NCBI GenBank assembly: GCA_963772725.1
Contig: CAVYYI010000001.1
Coordinates: forward strand, 384,001 to 448,000
DNA: 64,000 nucleotides
Source of the DNA: an uncultured Phycisphaerales bacterium
GTDB taxonomy: Bacteria > Planctomycetota > Phycisphaerae > Sedimentisphaerales > Anaerobacaceae
Direction: 5' to 3'
The notes under the pieces were generated by a model that did no database searches, was not told the DNA's origin, and saw nothing but the letters and a program-made list of their open reading frames with translations. Shown in pieces: positions 1-9,331 of the stretch (positions within the stretch are counted from its first letter, which is position 1; each line of letters opens with the position of its first letter). The position numbers and the translations under genes were made by a program.

Positions 1-371
1 ACGGCAGCCGTGAAGGCGCTTTGCCAGAAGGCTCCTGTTATTTTTTTAAGTAAACCGAAAAGCAGCAGTGTATTGGCGATGTGCAGCAAAAGACTTACGG
101 CGTGATGTCCGGATGGGTTGAGGCCGAACATCGTACAGTTGAGTATATGCGATAGCCACGTTATAGGATGCCAGTTTTGCGCATTGCTGCTTGTAAATGA
201 CCATAATATGCTTTTTGCGTTCAAACCATGCTGTACGTGAGTATTCTCGGTAACATATACCGGGTCATCGTAGTTGACAAAATCATTGTGAAAGACCTGG
301 CAATAGACCGCGATTGTTGCCACGGCTAAAAGGGCACATATTACTGGAAATCTGTATTTGTCGGAGGTCAT
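1..371 (-). CDS. TMTC-like membrane glycosyltransferase/TPR protein, N-terminal part (runs off window edge); paralog of 368..2260
   Basis: Manual translation MTSDKYRFPVICALLAVATIAVYCQVFHNDFVNYDDPVYV...NWHPITWLSH...GHHAVSLLLHIANTLLLF matches the upstream gene's motifs; ATGA overlap with that gene's stop at 368-371. Confidence 0.85.
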   Translation of the reverse strand, partial: MTSDKYRFPVICALLAVATIAVYCQVFHNDFVNYDDPVYVTENTHVQHGLNAKSILWSFTSSNAQNWHPITWLSHILNCTMFGLNPSGHHAVSLLLHIANTLLLFGLLKKITGAFWQSAFTAA

Positions 372-2260
372 GGTTTTTCTTTTCGCTCTTTTTCAGTTTG
401 TTTTTTTAAGGCGATACTCAATTGCTCACGGGCCTTGGGAAAATCAGGATTGATTTTCAATGATTCCTGATATTGTCTTATGGCATCTGCGATTTGGCCT
501 TTACATTCGAGGAGAAACCCGAGATTATACTGCATTTCCGCGTCTTTAGGCTGTCTTTTCAGCACAAACCGGAACTCCTGCATAGCCTCATCGAATTTTC
601 CCTCTTTGGCAAGTATCAATCCAAGTTGGCCGTGAGCGATTATATCTTCAGGGTTAATCTTGATTGATTTTTTATAATACTGGATTGCCTGTTCAGTATC
701 CCCCTTCTTATTCATTTCGGAAGCGAGCATGTTAATCGCATCGATATAGTTGGGATCGAGCTGCACTGTGTCCTGATATGCGGTGATTGCCTCATCGTGA
801 TTTCCTTTTTGTGCCAACGCCAGTCCCATATTATAGTATGAAACGGGCGCATTTGGCTTGAGTTCTATCGCAAGTTTGTAATGCTGAATGGCCTCATCGA
901 GTTTACCGATTTTAACCTTAAAGTTGCCGAGATTATTCTGTGTTTCAGCGGAATTGGGTCTGATTTTAAGGGCAGCCTCGAATTGTTCGATGGCTTTAGG
1001 AATATTGCCTTGTTCGCTTAAAATATTAGCGTAGTTGTTGTGGATGATATAATTATTTTTTGTAACGCTGAGGGTATGCTCAAAAAGCGTTGAGTTATTT
1101 TCCCAGTATCTTACCTGTATCGACGCGACCGCCATTAATGACAGCAGTATTACGCATCCTGCAATCGTTGTGTGGATTTTGAGAGACGGTTTTTTTGCGA
1201 GAAGGTCGTTGGCCGCCCAGGCTATTATGATAAACAGGCCTATTAAGGGGATATAGGTGTATCTGTCAGCCATTGATTGAGCGCCGACCTGCACCATGCC
1301 TATAACGGGAACAAGTGTGCCGAGGTACCAGAGCCAGCCGACGGTCATATATTTTCGCCGCCTGAAAAAATAAATGAAGCATACTGTCAGCAGGAGGAGC
1401 AGTATCGCACAGATGGTGACTTTAGTTATGGGGAGGTTATATCTTGGGTGTGGATATAAAACGGCGAGGTCTGTGGGCCAAAACATTTTCCAGATATAGG
1501 CGATGTAGGAAATAATCGAATTGCCTATACGGACTTTGAGGCTGTATGTGTCAATTGAGCTGACGGAGCCGCCACTTCGCTGAACAAGGAATGTTATGAC
1601 AGAAGAGACAGCGGAAATCGCGAAAAAAGGGATTTTTTCGACGAGAAGGCCAAGGGATATTTTGCGTTCGAGCGGCCAATAGTCCAGCAGGAGCAGGACA
1701 AAAGGCAGGGTAACAACCATTGGTTTTGCCATAATGCCAAGTATGAAAAATATAAGGGTGAGGAGATAGGTTGTCCATTTTTGGCGTTTACCATAATGGC
1801 TGTAAGCTAAAATTGTCAGCATCCAGAATAATGTGCTTAGGACGTCCTTTCGTTCAGCGACCCAGGCAACCGATTCGACGTGTAAGGGATGTATTCCAAA
1901 AAGTGCCGCGGCGAATGCACTTGCCCAGAGAGTTCCGGTCAACCGGAGCAATATAATGAATAGCAAGAGGGTATTTGCTATGTGGAAGAGCACGTTAACG
2001 AGATGATGGCCGCCTGCCCAGGTACCGAACAATTGATAATCGAGGGTGTGGGACAGCCAGGTTACGGGGTGCCAGTTGCTGGCGTATCCGCTGGTAAAGG
2101 CCCAGCGGATGTTTTGCAGAGTGAAGCCTGATTTTATAGAAGGGTTAACTTCGATGTAGGTATTATCGTCGTATTTGACGAACTCATAATTGATGACTGG
2201 CCAATACACCGCGACAACGGCAAGAACCAGAAAAAAACAAATTTTAACCACATGTTTCAC
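368..2260 (-). CDS. TMTC-like (GT-C fold) protein O-mannosyltransferase-type membrane protein with C-terminal TPR repeats
   Basis: YDD motif, WHPVTWLSH, HPLHVESVAWVAERKDVL, ADRYTY, multiple TM segments and a TPR array. Confidence 0.85.
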   Translation of the reverse strand: MKHVVKICFFLVLAVVAVYWPVINYEFVKYDDNTYIEVNPSIKSGFTLQNIRWAFTSGYASNWHPVTWLSHTLDYQLFGTWAGGHHLVNVLFHIANTLLLFIILLRLTGTLWASAFAAALFGIHPLHVESVAWVAERKDVLSTLFWMLTILAYSHYGKRQKWTTYLLTLIFFILGIMAKPMVVTLPFVLLLLDYWPLERKISLGLLVEKIPFFAISAVSSVITFLVQRSGGSVSSIDTYSLKVRIGNSIISYIAYIWKMFWPTDLAVLYPHPRYNLPITKVTICAILLLLLTVCFIYFFRRRKYMTVGWLWYLGTLVPVIGMVQVGAQSMADRYTYIPLIGLFIIIAWAANDLLAKKPSLKIHTTIAGCVILLSLMAVASIQVRYWENNSTLFEHTLSVTKNNYIIHNNYANILSEQGNIPKAIEQFEAALKIRPNSAETQNNLGNFKVKIGKLDEAIQHYKLAIELKPNAPVSYYNMGLALAQKGNHDEAITAYQDTVQLDPNYIDAINMLASEMNKKGDTEQAIQYYKKSIKINPEDIIAHGQLGLILAKEGKFDEAMQEFRFVLKRQPKDAEMQYNLGFLLECKGQIADAIRQYQESLKINPDFPKAREQLSIALKKQTEKERKEKP

Positions 2261-2273
2261 AGATTAACTTTGT

Positions 2274-2614
2274 TATACTGTTCTTGATTGAAAAATTCCG
2301 CATTTTTCAATCAGAAAACACATTCTGTCCGATAAACAGTGTATATGAAGGATTATAAGTTGTCAAAAGAGAAAATAGCTGAACTGGAAAAGCCATACTC
2401 GCCAAATTTGAATCTGATTGAGCGGTACTGGAAGTTTTTTAAGAAAAAAGTGCTGAACAATCGCTACTATGAAACATTTGGTGAATTCAAGCTGGCTTGT
2501 GAAAGGTTTTTTCGGAAGAGAAAGAAATATTTGCCGGAATTGCAGGCATTGCTGACAGAATACTTCCATATTCAAGCAGCTTGAAAACAGGAAAACTCAA
2601 TCGTAAGCAGTATA
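2274..2614 (+). mobile_element. Non-autonomous, internally deleted IS630-family element (MITE-like)
   Basis: Both ends match the full IS630 at 47467..48593 (TATACTGTTCTTGATTGA ... TCAATCGTAAGCAGTATA), TA at both ends; residual ORF 2339..2584 fuses the transposase N-terminus MKDYKLSKEKIAELE to the C-terminal PYSPNLNLIERYWK. Confidence 0.92.
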
Positions 2615-2671
2615 CCTAATACACTACCTATCCTAACGTAGCCGGAGACAAATCTAAAATCTTTAATATTT

Positions 2672-2756
2672 CTTCGTAATTCTACGAGTGTAAACCCGTA
2701 GATGAAGTTACCCGCCAAAGGCGGGCAGGCACTTCGACGTTGCTCAGTGCAGGCAG
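2672..2756. repeat. Stack of short REP-like palindromes
   Basis: CTACGAGT-GTAA-ACCCGTAG, CCCGCC-AAA-GGCGGG and CTTCGACGTTGCTCAGTGCAGGC lie in tandem in an intergenic position. Confidence 0.5.
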
Positions 2757-2780
2757 GTGGCAGGGCTAAACGATAAGAAA

Positions 2781-3561
2781 TTAAGATCTGGACAGCGAAC
2801 TCTTTTTTTCGGTTGTTCATCTGTGCTTTCAGGCGTCCAACAATTGAAGAATGCATCTGTGAAACGCGTGATTCGGACAAATCGAGAGTTGCTCCGATTT
2901 CCTTCATAGTCATTTCTTCATAATAATACAGGACGATAATCAGCCGTTCGGCACGAGTCAGGCCTTTAGTCAGCAGGCCTTTAAGGTCGCGTTTCTGTGC
3001 CTCGACGAGCGGGTCGAGACTTTTCTTGTCGTCGATGATATCGATTTCTCGCATATCCTTTTCGCTGTTGTCTTCGGCGCATTGCGTATCGAGTGATACG
3101 ACACTGACGGCGCTGGCGTCGCGCTGGAGGCGGTTGAACTCCATTGAATCGAGATCAAGCTCTTCAGCGATTTCCTTTTCTGTTGGTTTTCTGCCGAGAT
3201 GTGTCTCAAGGGAATGAACGGCCTTTGTCAACTGGCTGGTGCGGCGCGAACCAGGCGGGGGACCCAGTCCATGCTTCGCAGCTCATCGAGAATCGAACCT
3301 CTGATTCTCGGGCGCAGTAGGTCTCGAATTTCACGCCCCTGGCAGGGTCGAAGGCCTCAAGGGCATCCATAAGACCGAAATTGCCAACGCTGATTAGGTC
3401 GTCGAGTTCGACTTTGTCGGGCAGCTTGGCGTCAGCCGCTCAGCGGTATATACAACGATATGTTTGTAATTTTCCATCAACAGGTTGCGAGACTTATCAT
3501 CGTGGGTTTTGTGGTACTGTTCCCAAACCTGGTCAATGTTAAGATTTTGCTGAGTTTTCAT
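2781..3561 (-). CDS. fliA: FliA/WhiG-family (sigma28) RNA polymerase sigma factor; several frameshifts, probably sequencing indels; 3' end approximate
   Basis: Joined frames give [16 protein letters not shown]...[51 protein letters not shown]...[35 protein letters not shown] before ATG 3561. Confidence 0.85.
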
Positions 3562-3579
3562 AAGGTAACTCCTAATTCA

Positions 3580-3606
3580 TTATCGGCCTTTTACGGCGAC
3601 ACTTTA
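3580..3606 (-). promoter_or_regulatory. Sigma28-type promoter directly upstream of fliA
   Basis: Minus strand reads TAAA-GTGTCGCCGTAAAAG(15 nt)-GCCGATAA, an exact match to the sigma28 consensus. Confidence 0.8.
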
Positions 3607-4464
3607 AAAGAACCAATCGACAACTTTTCTGAAAAAACCTTCCGTTTCAGGCTGGGCGGTATTACAGCTGCCCAGCTTCACGGCTAACGCCGCGAGGGAA
3701 GAGGTAATTTTTGCTTTTGGATACGCCAAAACAACGGGTTTGCGTAATCGCACCGAGGCGGCAAGCTGGCTGTCCTGAGCGAGGCAGCCGGCATAATAAA
3801 GAGCAGCATTCAGGAACCTTTTGGCGACGCTTGCGATTTGCTGATAGGTTTTTCTGCCTTCTTCAGCGGACTGAACCATATTGACAACCAGACTTATCCT
3901 GCCGGGGTATTTATTTCCGGTTAAGACCTTAATCATCGCGTAAGCATCGGTCATAGCTGTCGCTTCAGGGGTGGTAACAACCAGGACATGGTCAGCGGCA
4001 AGACAGAATCCTACGACGGATTTTGAGATTCCGGCGGCGGTGTCGATAATCATCGTGTCGGTGTCGTCCTGTAATTTCGACAAAGCCGTCAACAGGCGGT
4101 TGCGCTGAAATTCGGTGAGGTCAGCCAAATCCTGAAGGCCGGAAGCACCGCATATTATTTCCAGGCCGTTGGGGCCGAAATGGATAATATCCTCGATTTT
4201 TTTTACGCCGTTAAGCATGTGCGAAATGTTGTATTTATTGTTTATGTCCATAACGACGTTGAGATTGCCTAACGAAAAGTCGGTATCGACGAGCACAACC
4301 CTTTTTCCTGAGGCGGCCATACATATCGCGAGGTTTGCGGCTATGTTGGTCTTGCCTACGCCCCCTTTGCCGCTGGTAATCGCAAGGACTTTGGCCTTAG
4401 ATTGAGAATTCTGCATAATTTGCGTCAGCTGGTGTGCGTGTGTTTGTGTTTGCATATATCTCAA
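3604..4464 (-). CDS. flhG: FlhG/FleN MinD-like ATPase
   Basis: SGKGGVGKT deviant Walker A, DTAAG, TTPEATAMTDAYAMIK, C-terminal amphipathic GFFRKVVDWFF; adjacent to fliA. Confidence 0.8.
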   Translation of the reverse strand: MRYMQTQTHAHQLTQIMQNSQSKAKVLAITSGKGGVGKTNIAANLAICMAASGKRVVLVDTDFSLGNLNVVMDINNKYNISHMLNGVKKIEDIIHFGPNGLEIICGASGLQDLADLTEFQRNRLLTALSKLQDDTDTMIIDTAAGISKSVVGFCLAADHVLVVTTPEATAMTDAYAMIKVLTGNKYPGRISLVVNMVQSAEEGRKTYQQIASVAKRFLNAALYYAGCLAQDSQLAASVRLRKPVVLAYPKAKITSSLAALAVKLGSCNTAQPETEGFFRKVVDWFF

Positions 4465-4501
4465 CCCTCTACAAATTTATGAATCGCCGCGAGTGCCCAT
4501 G

Positions 4502-4918
4502 TTATTCGTGCAATGAGGCGATACTTTGTTTTTGTTTCAATAATTCAGTAGCTATTCTCTGGTTTAAGGAATTTTCCATAAGTTTATTTATCTGCAGCTC
4601 AACGTATTGGTCATGATTAGTTTCGAGGAGCTTTTTTGCGTTTTTATCGGGCAGGGGCCTGATTTCGAATTTACCACCGGCACCAAACTTGAAACTTTTG
4701 GTGTCGCGCATTATCAGACGATGCTTTTGAACGTGTTCAACAATCGCCTCGTTAAGCATGTCGGAGAATTCGTCAACATCCAAATCTTCGGGGGTGAAGT
4801 CGGGATTGTGGCAATCAATGACGTTTTTGCTGAGAATTTCCTGACGTGTTCGAGTAAATTCTATTATTTTAACAAGTATTTCGCTGATATTATCAGTTAC
4901 AAATTGTTTAATGTTCAT
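4502..4918 (-). CDS. Degenerate FlgB (flagellar basal-body rod)-like protein
   Basis: RQEILSKNVIDCHNPDFTPEDL resembles FlgB RQxxIANNIANxxTPGY..D; C-terminal VELQINKLMENSL resembles the FlgB helix; 138 aa. Confidence 0.55.
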   Translation of the reverse strand: MNIKQFVTDNISEILVKIIEFTRTRQEILSKNVIDCHNPDFTPEDLDVDEFSDMLNEAIVEHVQKHRLIMRDTKSFKFGAGGKFEIRPLPDKNAKKLLETNHDQYVELQINKLMENSLNQRIATELLKQKQSIASLHE

Positions 4919-5075
4919 ATACGATTCCTGCCATTGAGTTTATGGAGCGGTAATACCGTCCCTGATTTTTTGAGAGAAAAGTGAGAAGTGAAGGGCAATC
5001 CGCGAAAAACAAAGCCCCGAAACTCATCCATGACCATTTCATTTTTTCTTCCTTGAATATTATGAAAACAGTTTT

Positions 5076-5369
5076 TTAGTTTTGCCCCGCCGGCGGTTTT
5101 TCTGACGCGGCGTCTTCTTTATTTAAAATCTGTCTTATTTCGTAGAGGGTTTTCGTTTCTTTCATGTTCAAAATTTTTGATAATCTTTCAAATACCGATT
5201 CGTCATAAAGCCTGTGTCCGCCATCAGTCAATTGTGATTCGCTGATAAGCCCCATAACTGTGTAGTTGTGAAGAGTCTGCCTTGAGAAGGGCGTGCTGTG
5301 AACCAACTCACCTATTCGATAAAGCTTGGCAGGTATTTGAATGGTCTTATTCATAGCTCTAATCAACAC
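5076..5369 (-). CDS. MerR-family HTH protein
   Basis: LYRIGEL...SRQTLHNYTVMGLI...TDGGHRLYD. Confidence 0.8.
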   Translation of the reverse strand: MLIRAMNKTIQIPAKLYRIGELVHSTPFSRQTLHNYTVMGLISESQLTDGGHRLYDESVFERLSKILNMKETKTLYEIRQILNKEDAASEKPPAGQN

Positions 5370-5578
5370 GTTTTATTACACTGAACCCAAAAACATATTT
5401 TACGTTTTGCAAAATGTAAAATATATTTTATCGGATGTCAACTTTTTTTTTATTTTTTTTAAAAAAATTCTTATTTTTAGAAAATATTTTGTAAACTTTT
5501 TTTGGCGGATTAGAGTTTGACCGGAATTTTCAGGAGTTAAGAATAAAGATTTAGAGACGTTTTGGAGCAGGAGATGAT

Positions 5579-6658
5579 ATGACTGTAGAGCGAAAATTAG
5601 AAAAGACCACTCCCAATAATCCATGCAGTCGCACTAAAGACACATTTTTATTCGGACGTATCACACCGCTGGCAAGACAGATAAATTGCCTTGATATTGC
5701 GCAAATAGCTGATGTTTGCATTAAGAATATACCAGATATAGTGGGTGCGAGATTTGCTTCGCTTTATACAATTGATGAAACGAATAACATTTTGCACCTG
5801 CAGGGTTACAATCACCCATTTCCTTTGAACAAAATCGTCTCGCTCAGTCAGCTTCCACCATCACCGATGGTTATGGCGGTCAAAAGTAAAGAATTAATAC
5901 TAATCGGGGATATTGAGACCCACAAGATGCCGGTGATAAAAAAATCGCAACGCGTTTTTGCGTCGAATTATAAGACTAATAATTGTGTGATTGCACCTCT
6001 TATCTGCCAGGACAGGGTAGTTGGGGTTTTGAATTTGTCGGACAAGATTAGCGGGGAGGGATTCGATGCGGACGATATCGCGATAATAGAACTTTTCAGC
6101 CAATTGATAGGAGCGTCAATCGGCAATATAAAGCTTTTTGAAAAGATACAACGCCAGGCAACGGTTGACGGATTGACGGGATTTTTAAATCACAAGACAT
6201 TTTATGAGATTCTCGAAAACGAATTGTGGCGTTCGCGTCGTCATGGCGGGCCAATCTCGCTGATTATGATTGATATCGATAATCTGAAAAAGATAAACGA
6301 TACATACGGCCACCGAGCAGGCGACAAAGTCATTCGTGAAATCAGCAGGAGAATCAAGGAGTGCATACGGCAGATAGATACGGCGGCGAGGTACGGCGGG
6401 GATGAGTTCGCGGTAATTTTGCCGAACACCGAGCTTGCGGAAGCGGTAATAGTAGGTCAGCGTATGGTTGATAATGTTGCCGCATCGCCATTGATATGGG
6501 AAGATGGCGCGATACCGCTTTCCGTCAGCGTTGGAGTAGGACAGTATGACGCAGACACAACTCCAGAAAATATAACGAGCCGTTCCGACCAGGCGTTGTA
6601 CAACGCCAAGCAGGCTGGCAAAAATACGGTGCGAATTTTCGAGCATTTGCGCAAATAG
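5579..6658 (+). CDS. GAF-sensor diguanylate cyclase
   Basis: GAF-like N-terminus (APLICQDRVVGVLNLSDK), DGLTG, INDTYGHRAGD, intact GGDEF with RxxD I-site (RQID); GGAG RBS. Confidence 0.92.
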   Translation: MTVERKLEKTTPNNPCSRTKDTFLFGRITPLARQINCLDIAQIADVCIKNIPDIVGARFASLYTIDETNNILHLQGYNHPFPLNKIVSLSQLPPSPMVMAVKSKELILIGDIETHKMPVIKKSQRVFASNYKTNNCVIAPLICQDRVVGVLNLSDKISGEGFDADDIAIIELFSQLIGASIGNIKLFEKIQRQATVDGLTGFLNHKTFYEILENELWRSRRHGGPISLIMIDIDNLKKINDTYGHRAGDKVIREISRRIKECIRQIDTAARYGGDEFAVILPNTELAEAVIVGQRMVDNVAASPLIWEDGAIPLSVSVGVGQYDADTTPENITSRSDQALYNAKQAGKNTVRIFEHLRK

Positions 6659-6680
6659 GCATGGCGGCGAGGTTTGATAT

Positions 6681-7496
6681 TCAAATCAAGTCGGCGGCCG
6701 TTTCAGGAATCCAGCCATCGCTATCATCGAAGAGTTTTATATGCAGCCATCCAGGTCTGTTTTCAAGCAGATTAAATTCTGTGCCTTCATGCAGCGGGTC
6801 TTTAAAGCTGGGTGAATAATTTAGGCCATCACCCTGACGTGCGATAACCTCTTTAATTGTAATAACACCACCGATTCTGCAGGCCTTTGTTCCGGATTCC
6901 ACGATGAGCGATGATAGAAAAGCGGCTGTCAGGATGGCGCATATTGCGGCAGACGCTATCAAAGGAGCGATTCGACCAAACCATATTATCCCCGCGGCAC
7001 ATATACAAACAACGCCAAAGAAGACGCATGCAAGTAAGAACTTAGTTTTAACGGGGAAATCGTAATGCCAGAAAAACAGGGTTTGTAAGACGCGTTTTTC
7101 CGTTTTTGTCGCGACTTTATCTATCCTGCTGCCGCGAGCGAAGGCGAGGTTCTTTTGAATGTTCTCATCAGAATTATCGAGTTTTTCCGCCCTGCGATAA
7201 TTCAGTATAGCTTTGCCAAGTTCGCCTTTAAGAAAATATGCGTTAGCGAGATTATAAAACAGCCTGGCATTTTTTATCTGGCCTTCGCTTACGATTTTTT
7301 CAAAAGCGAGTATCGCTTTTTCGTAAAGCTTTTTAGCCTGCTCCGAATCCTTAGCTGAATTAGCCTCCCGGAAACTTTGGTTGGCCTGGCTGAAAAGAGA
7401 ATAGGCCTGTTCTTTAGACATCTTAGCCTGGGCAGCCATCGCCAGGTTAAACAGAAATGGAACAATTAGTATTATGGTTAATCTTTTTGTAATCAT
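6681..7496 (-). CDS. batE: BatE-like TPR/SH3b protein
   Basis: Signal peptide, TPR (FYNLANAY..GKAILNYRRA), TM pair, SH3-like LHEGTEF...GWI; last gene of the Bat operon. Confidence 0.75.
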   Translation of the reverse strand: MITKRLTIILIVPFLFNLAMAAQAKMSKEQAYSLFSQANQSFREANSAKDSEQAKKLYEKAILAFEKIVSEGQIKNARLFYNLANAYFLKGELGKAILNYRRAEKLDNSDENIQKNLAFARGSRIDKVATKTEKRVLQTLFFWHYDFPVKTKFLLACVFFGVVCICAAGIIWFGRIAPLIASAAICAILTAAFLSSLIVESGTKACRIGGVITIKEVIARQGDGLNYSPSFKDPLHEGTEFNLLENRPGWLHIKLFDDSDGWIPETAADLI

Positions 7497-9322
7497 TTTT
7501 TTAATTTCTTTTCGATACTGCGTACAAGCTCAATAATGTTATTGATTTTTTCATGGTCAATATTCATATCTGTTGATGTGTAGCGTGCCGCTTCACAAAG
7601 TTCCATTGTCTGGCGAAATTTATCGGCAATTTCATTATTTTGTGCGGCACAGATAAGTATGTCATGACAGTCACCGGGGGTAAGTGAACCGGCGATTTTG
7701 TCGAAGCGGTCGCCTATATACTGTTTCATAATTGAGACGACTAATTCATTTCGCCGAGAGGCATCCATAGAGGCGGCCTTCTTTAATTGGTTTATAGACT
7801 GACTGCAGGCTTTGCGGCGTTTTTTTGCCATCACTATTTCGGGGCTGGTATGAGTTATGAGTTTAGCGGTTGAACTTAAAATCAATATACTTAAGGGTAT
7901 TGCCCAAATAATTGCATAAGCAGGGCTGAACAAAGCGCGAGATGGCGTAAAATTCATGTTTTCCAAAACATCGGGGCTTTCATAATTAGCGGATAGTCCT
8001 TTTTTTATCGCCTCGACCTCCTTGTTGATTGGGGCAAAATCTTTTCCTTCAATGTCCGCAGCGGTAAGTCTTTTTGAAGGTTTAAGAGCAATTTTAATCG
8101 GCTCTGTTTTTGCGACGGAATAGCCGCCTGTATCAGGGTCGAAAAAGGCCAGCGGAATTGCAGGTATTATGTTTGCCTGATTGTTATCCGGCCTGATTGT
8201 TTGAGTAAAAACCTTGAATCCGTTTTCGATAACTGGTGATGCTTTCTGCGGCGGCATCTTGAAATTGGCTGCCAATTCCGGCACCTGTTCGAGTGCCGGC
8301 CACTGTACGGGCTTAAGGTATTTGCCGCCTCCGATTTTAATAGTCAGGGTGATCGGGTCTCCCATATATACATCAGTTAAAGGTGTTGCAGAGGCTGAAA
8401 TTGTGTATCGCCCAACTAAACCATAAAAGCCATCTGGTTTGCCTTGTTCGGGCAAGTCTAATATGTTTAGCTCCAACGGTTTCGAGGCTACCATAAACCG
8501 TTTGTACTGTTTTTGAGAGCCGAAAAGACCGTCAAAAAAATCATCCCGTGACCGTGATTGGCCGACGGCAACATTTGCGGATACTGACACTGGTTCGATT
8601 TGTACACGGCCTGAAATTTTGGGGATGAGAATTTTGCGAAGGACGAGCAGATTGGACGGTTTGCCATTATGGTTTACCTGATGCTGTGAAACCATGACAG
8701 TTTTGCCAGTGCCCAAATCAAATTCTTTGGCCTGCGAATCGAGGGTATCGGGATTTTCAAAATAAAAGACATCGCTCGAAAAGAGGGGGATGTTAAACTG
8801 TGGGTCGCTGATGTCAGCGGAAAAGTAGAAATTGATTGTCACCAGGACAGGCTGGCCTGCATAGCATTGCTTTTCCGATAATACAACTTCGATGTCCAAC
8901 TGGTCTGTGGTGCCAAGTTTTAAAATATTTACAGAGACAGGATTGGTGCGATAAGTTTTTGAGCCGACGGTAACTTCGACAGGGCCAAGTTCAACAGGGC
9001 CAGGCTGATTGACGGTTAACGAGTAACTCATTACATATCGCTTAACTACATTTTGGGTTGTATTTCCATTTATCATATTTATTGAGGTTTGCGATATATC
9101 ATGGTTACCGGCGCTTTTTGCGTTATATTTTTCCAAAGGGGTCAAATTTACCCGGCCAGGCTGATTTTCGCCATCAATAATTATATTATAAATGAAATTT
9201 TCACCAACGTAGATATTATGTGAAGAATCGACCTGGGCAAGAATCTGTATTTGCCCGAATGCCACGGTTGATGTCAATATTATTAAGACGAAAACAGTAA
9301 TAAATATTTTTGTGCCTGTCAT
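7493..9322 (-). CDS. batD: BatD-family protein
   Basis: Signal peptide, repeated beta-sandwich segments (GLVGRY, GDPITLTIKI), C-terminal TM; operon context. Confidence 0.8.
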   Translation of the reverse strand: MTGTKIFITVFVLIILTSTVAFGQIQILAQVDSSHNIYVGENFIYNIIIDGENQPGRVNLTPLEKYNAKSAGNHDISQTSINMINGNTTQNVVKRYVMSYSLTVNQPGPVELGPVEVTVGSKTYRTNPVSVNILKLGTTDQLDIEVVLSEKQCYAGQPVLVTINFYFSADISDPQFNIPLFSSDVFYFENPDTLDSQAKEFDLGTGKTVMVSQHQVNHNGKPSNLLVLRKILIPKISGRVQIEPVSVSANVAVGQSRSRDDFFDGLFGSQKQYKRFMVASKPLELNILDLPEQGKPDGFYGLVGRYTISASATPLTDVYMGDPITLTIKIGGGKYLKPVQWPALEQVPELAANFKMPPQKASPVIENGFKVFTQTIRPDNNQANIIPAIPLAFFDPDTGGYSVAKTEPIKIALKPSKRLTAADIEGKDFAPINKEVEAIKKGLSANYESPDVLENMNFTPSRALFSPAYAIIWAIPLSILILSSTAKLITHTSPEIVMAKKRRKACSQSINQLKKAASMDASRRNELVVSIMKQYIGDRFDKIAGSLTPGDCHDILICAAQNNEIADKFRQTMELCEAARYTSTDMNIDHEKINNIIELVRSIEKKLKK

Positions 9323-9331
9323 CTCTGCCTG

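Noticed and set aside
2572..2780. C-terminal extension of FliA running into the IS630 MITE
   Set aside because: It translates REP palindromes and the IS end; a TAA one base out of frame at 2781-2783 is the likely true stop.
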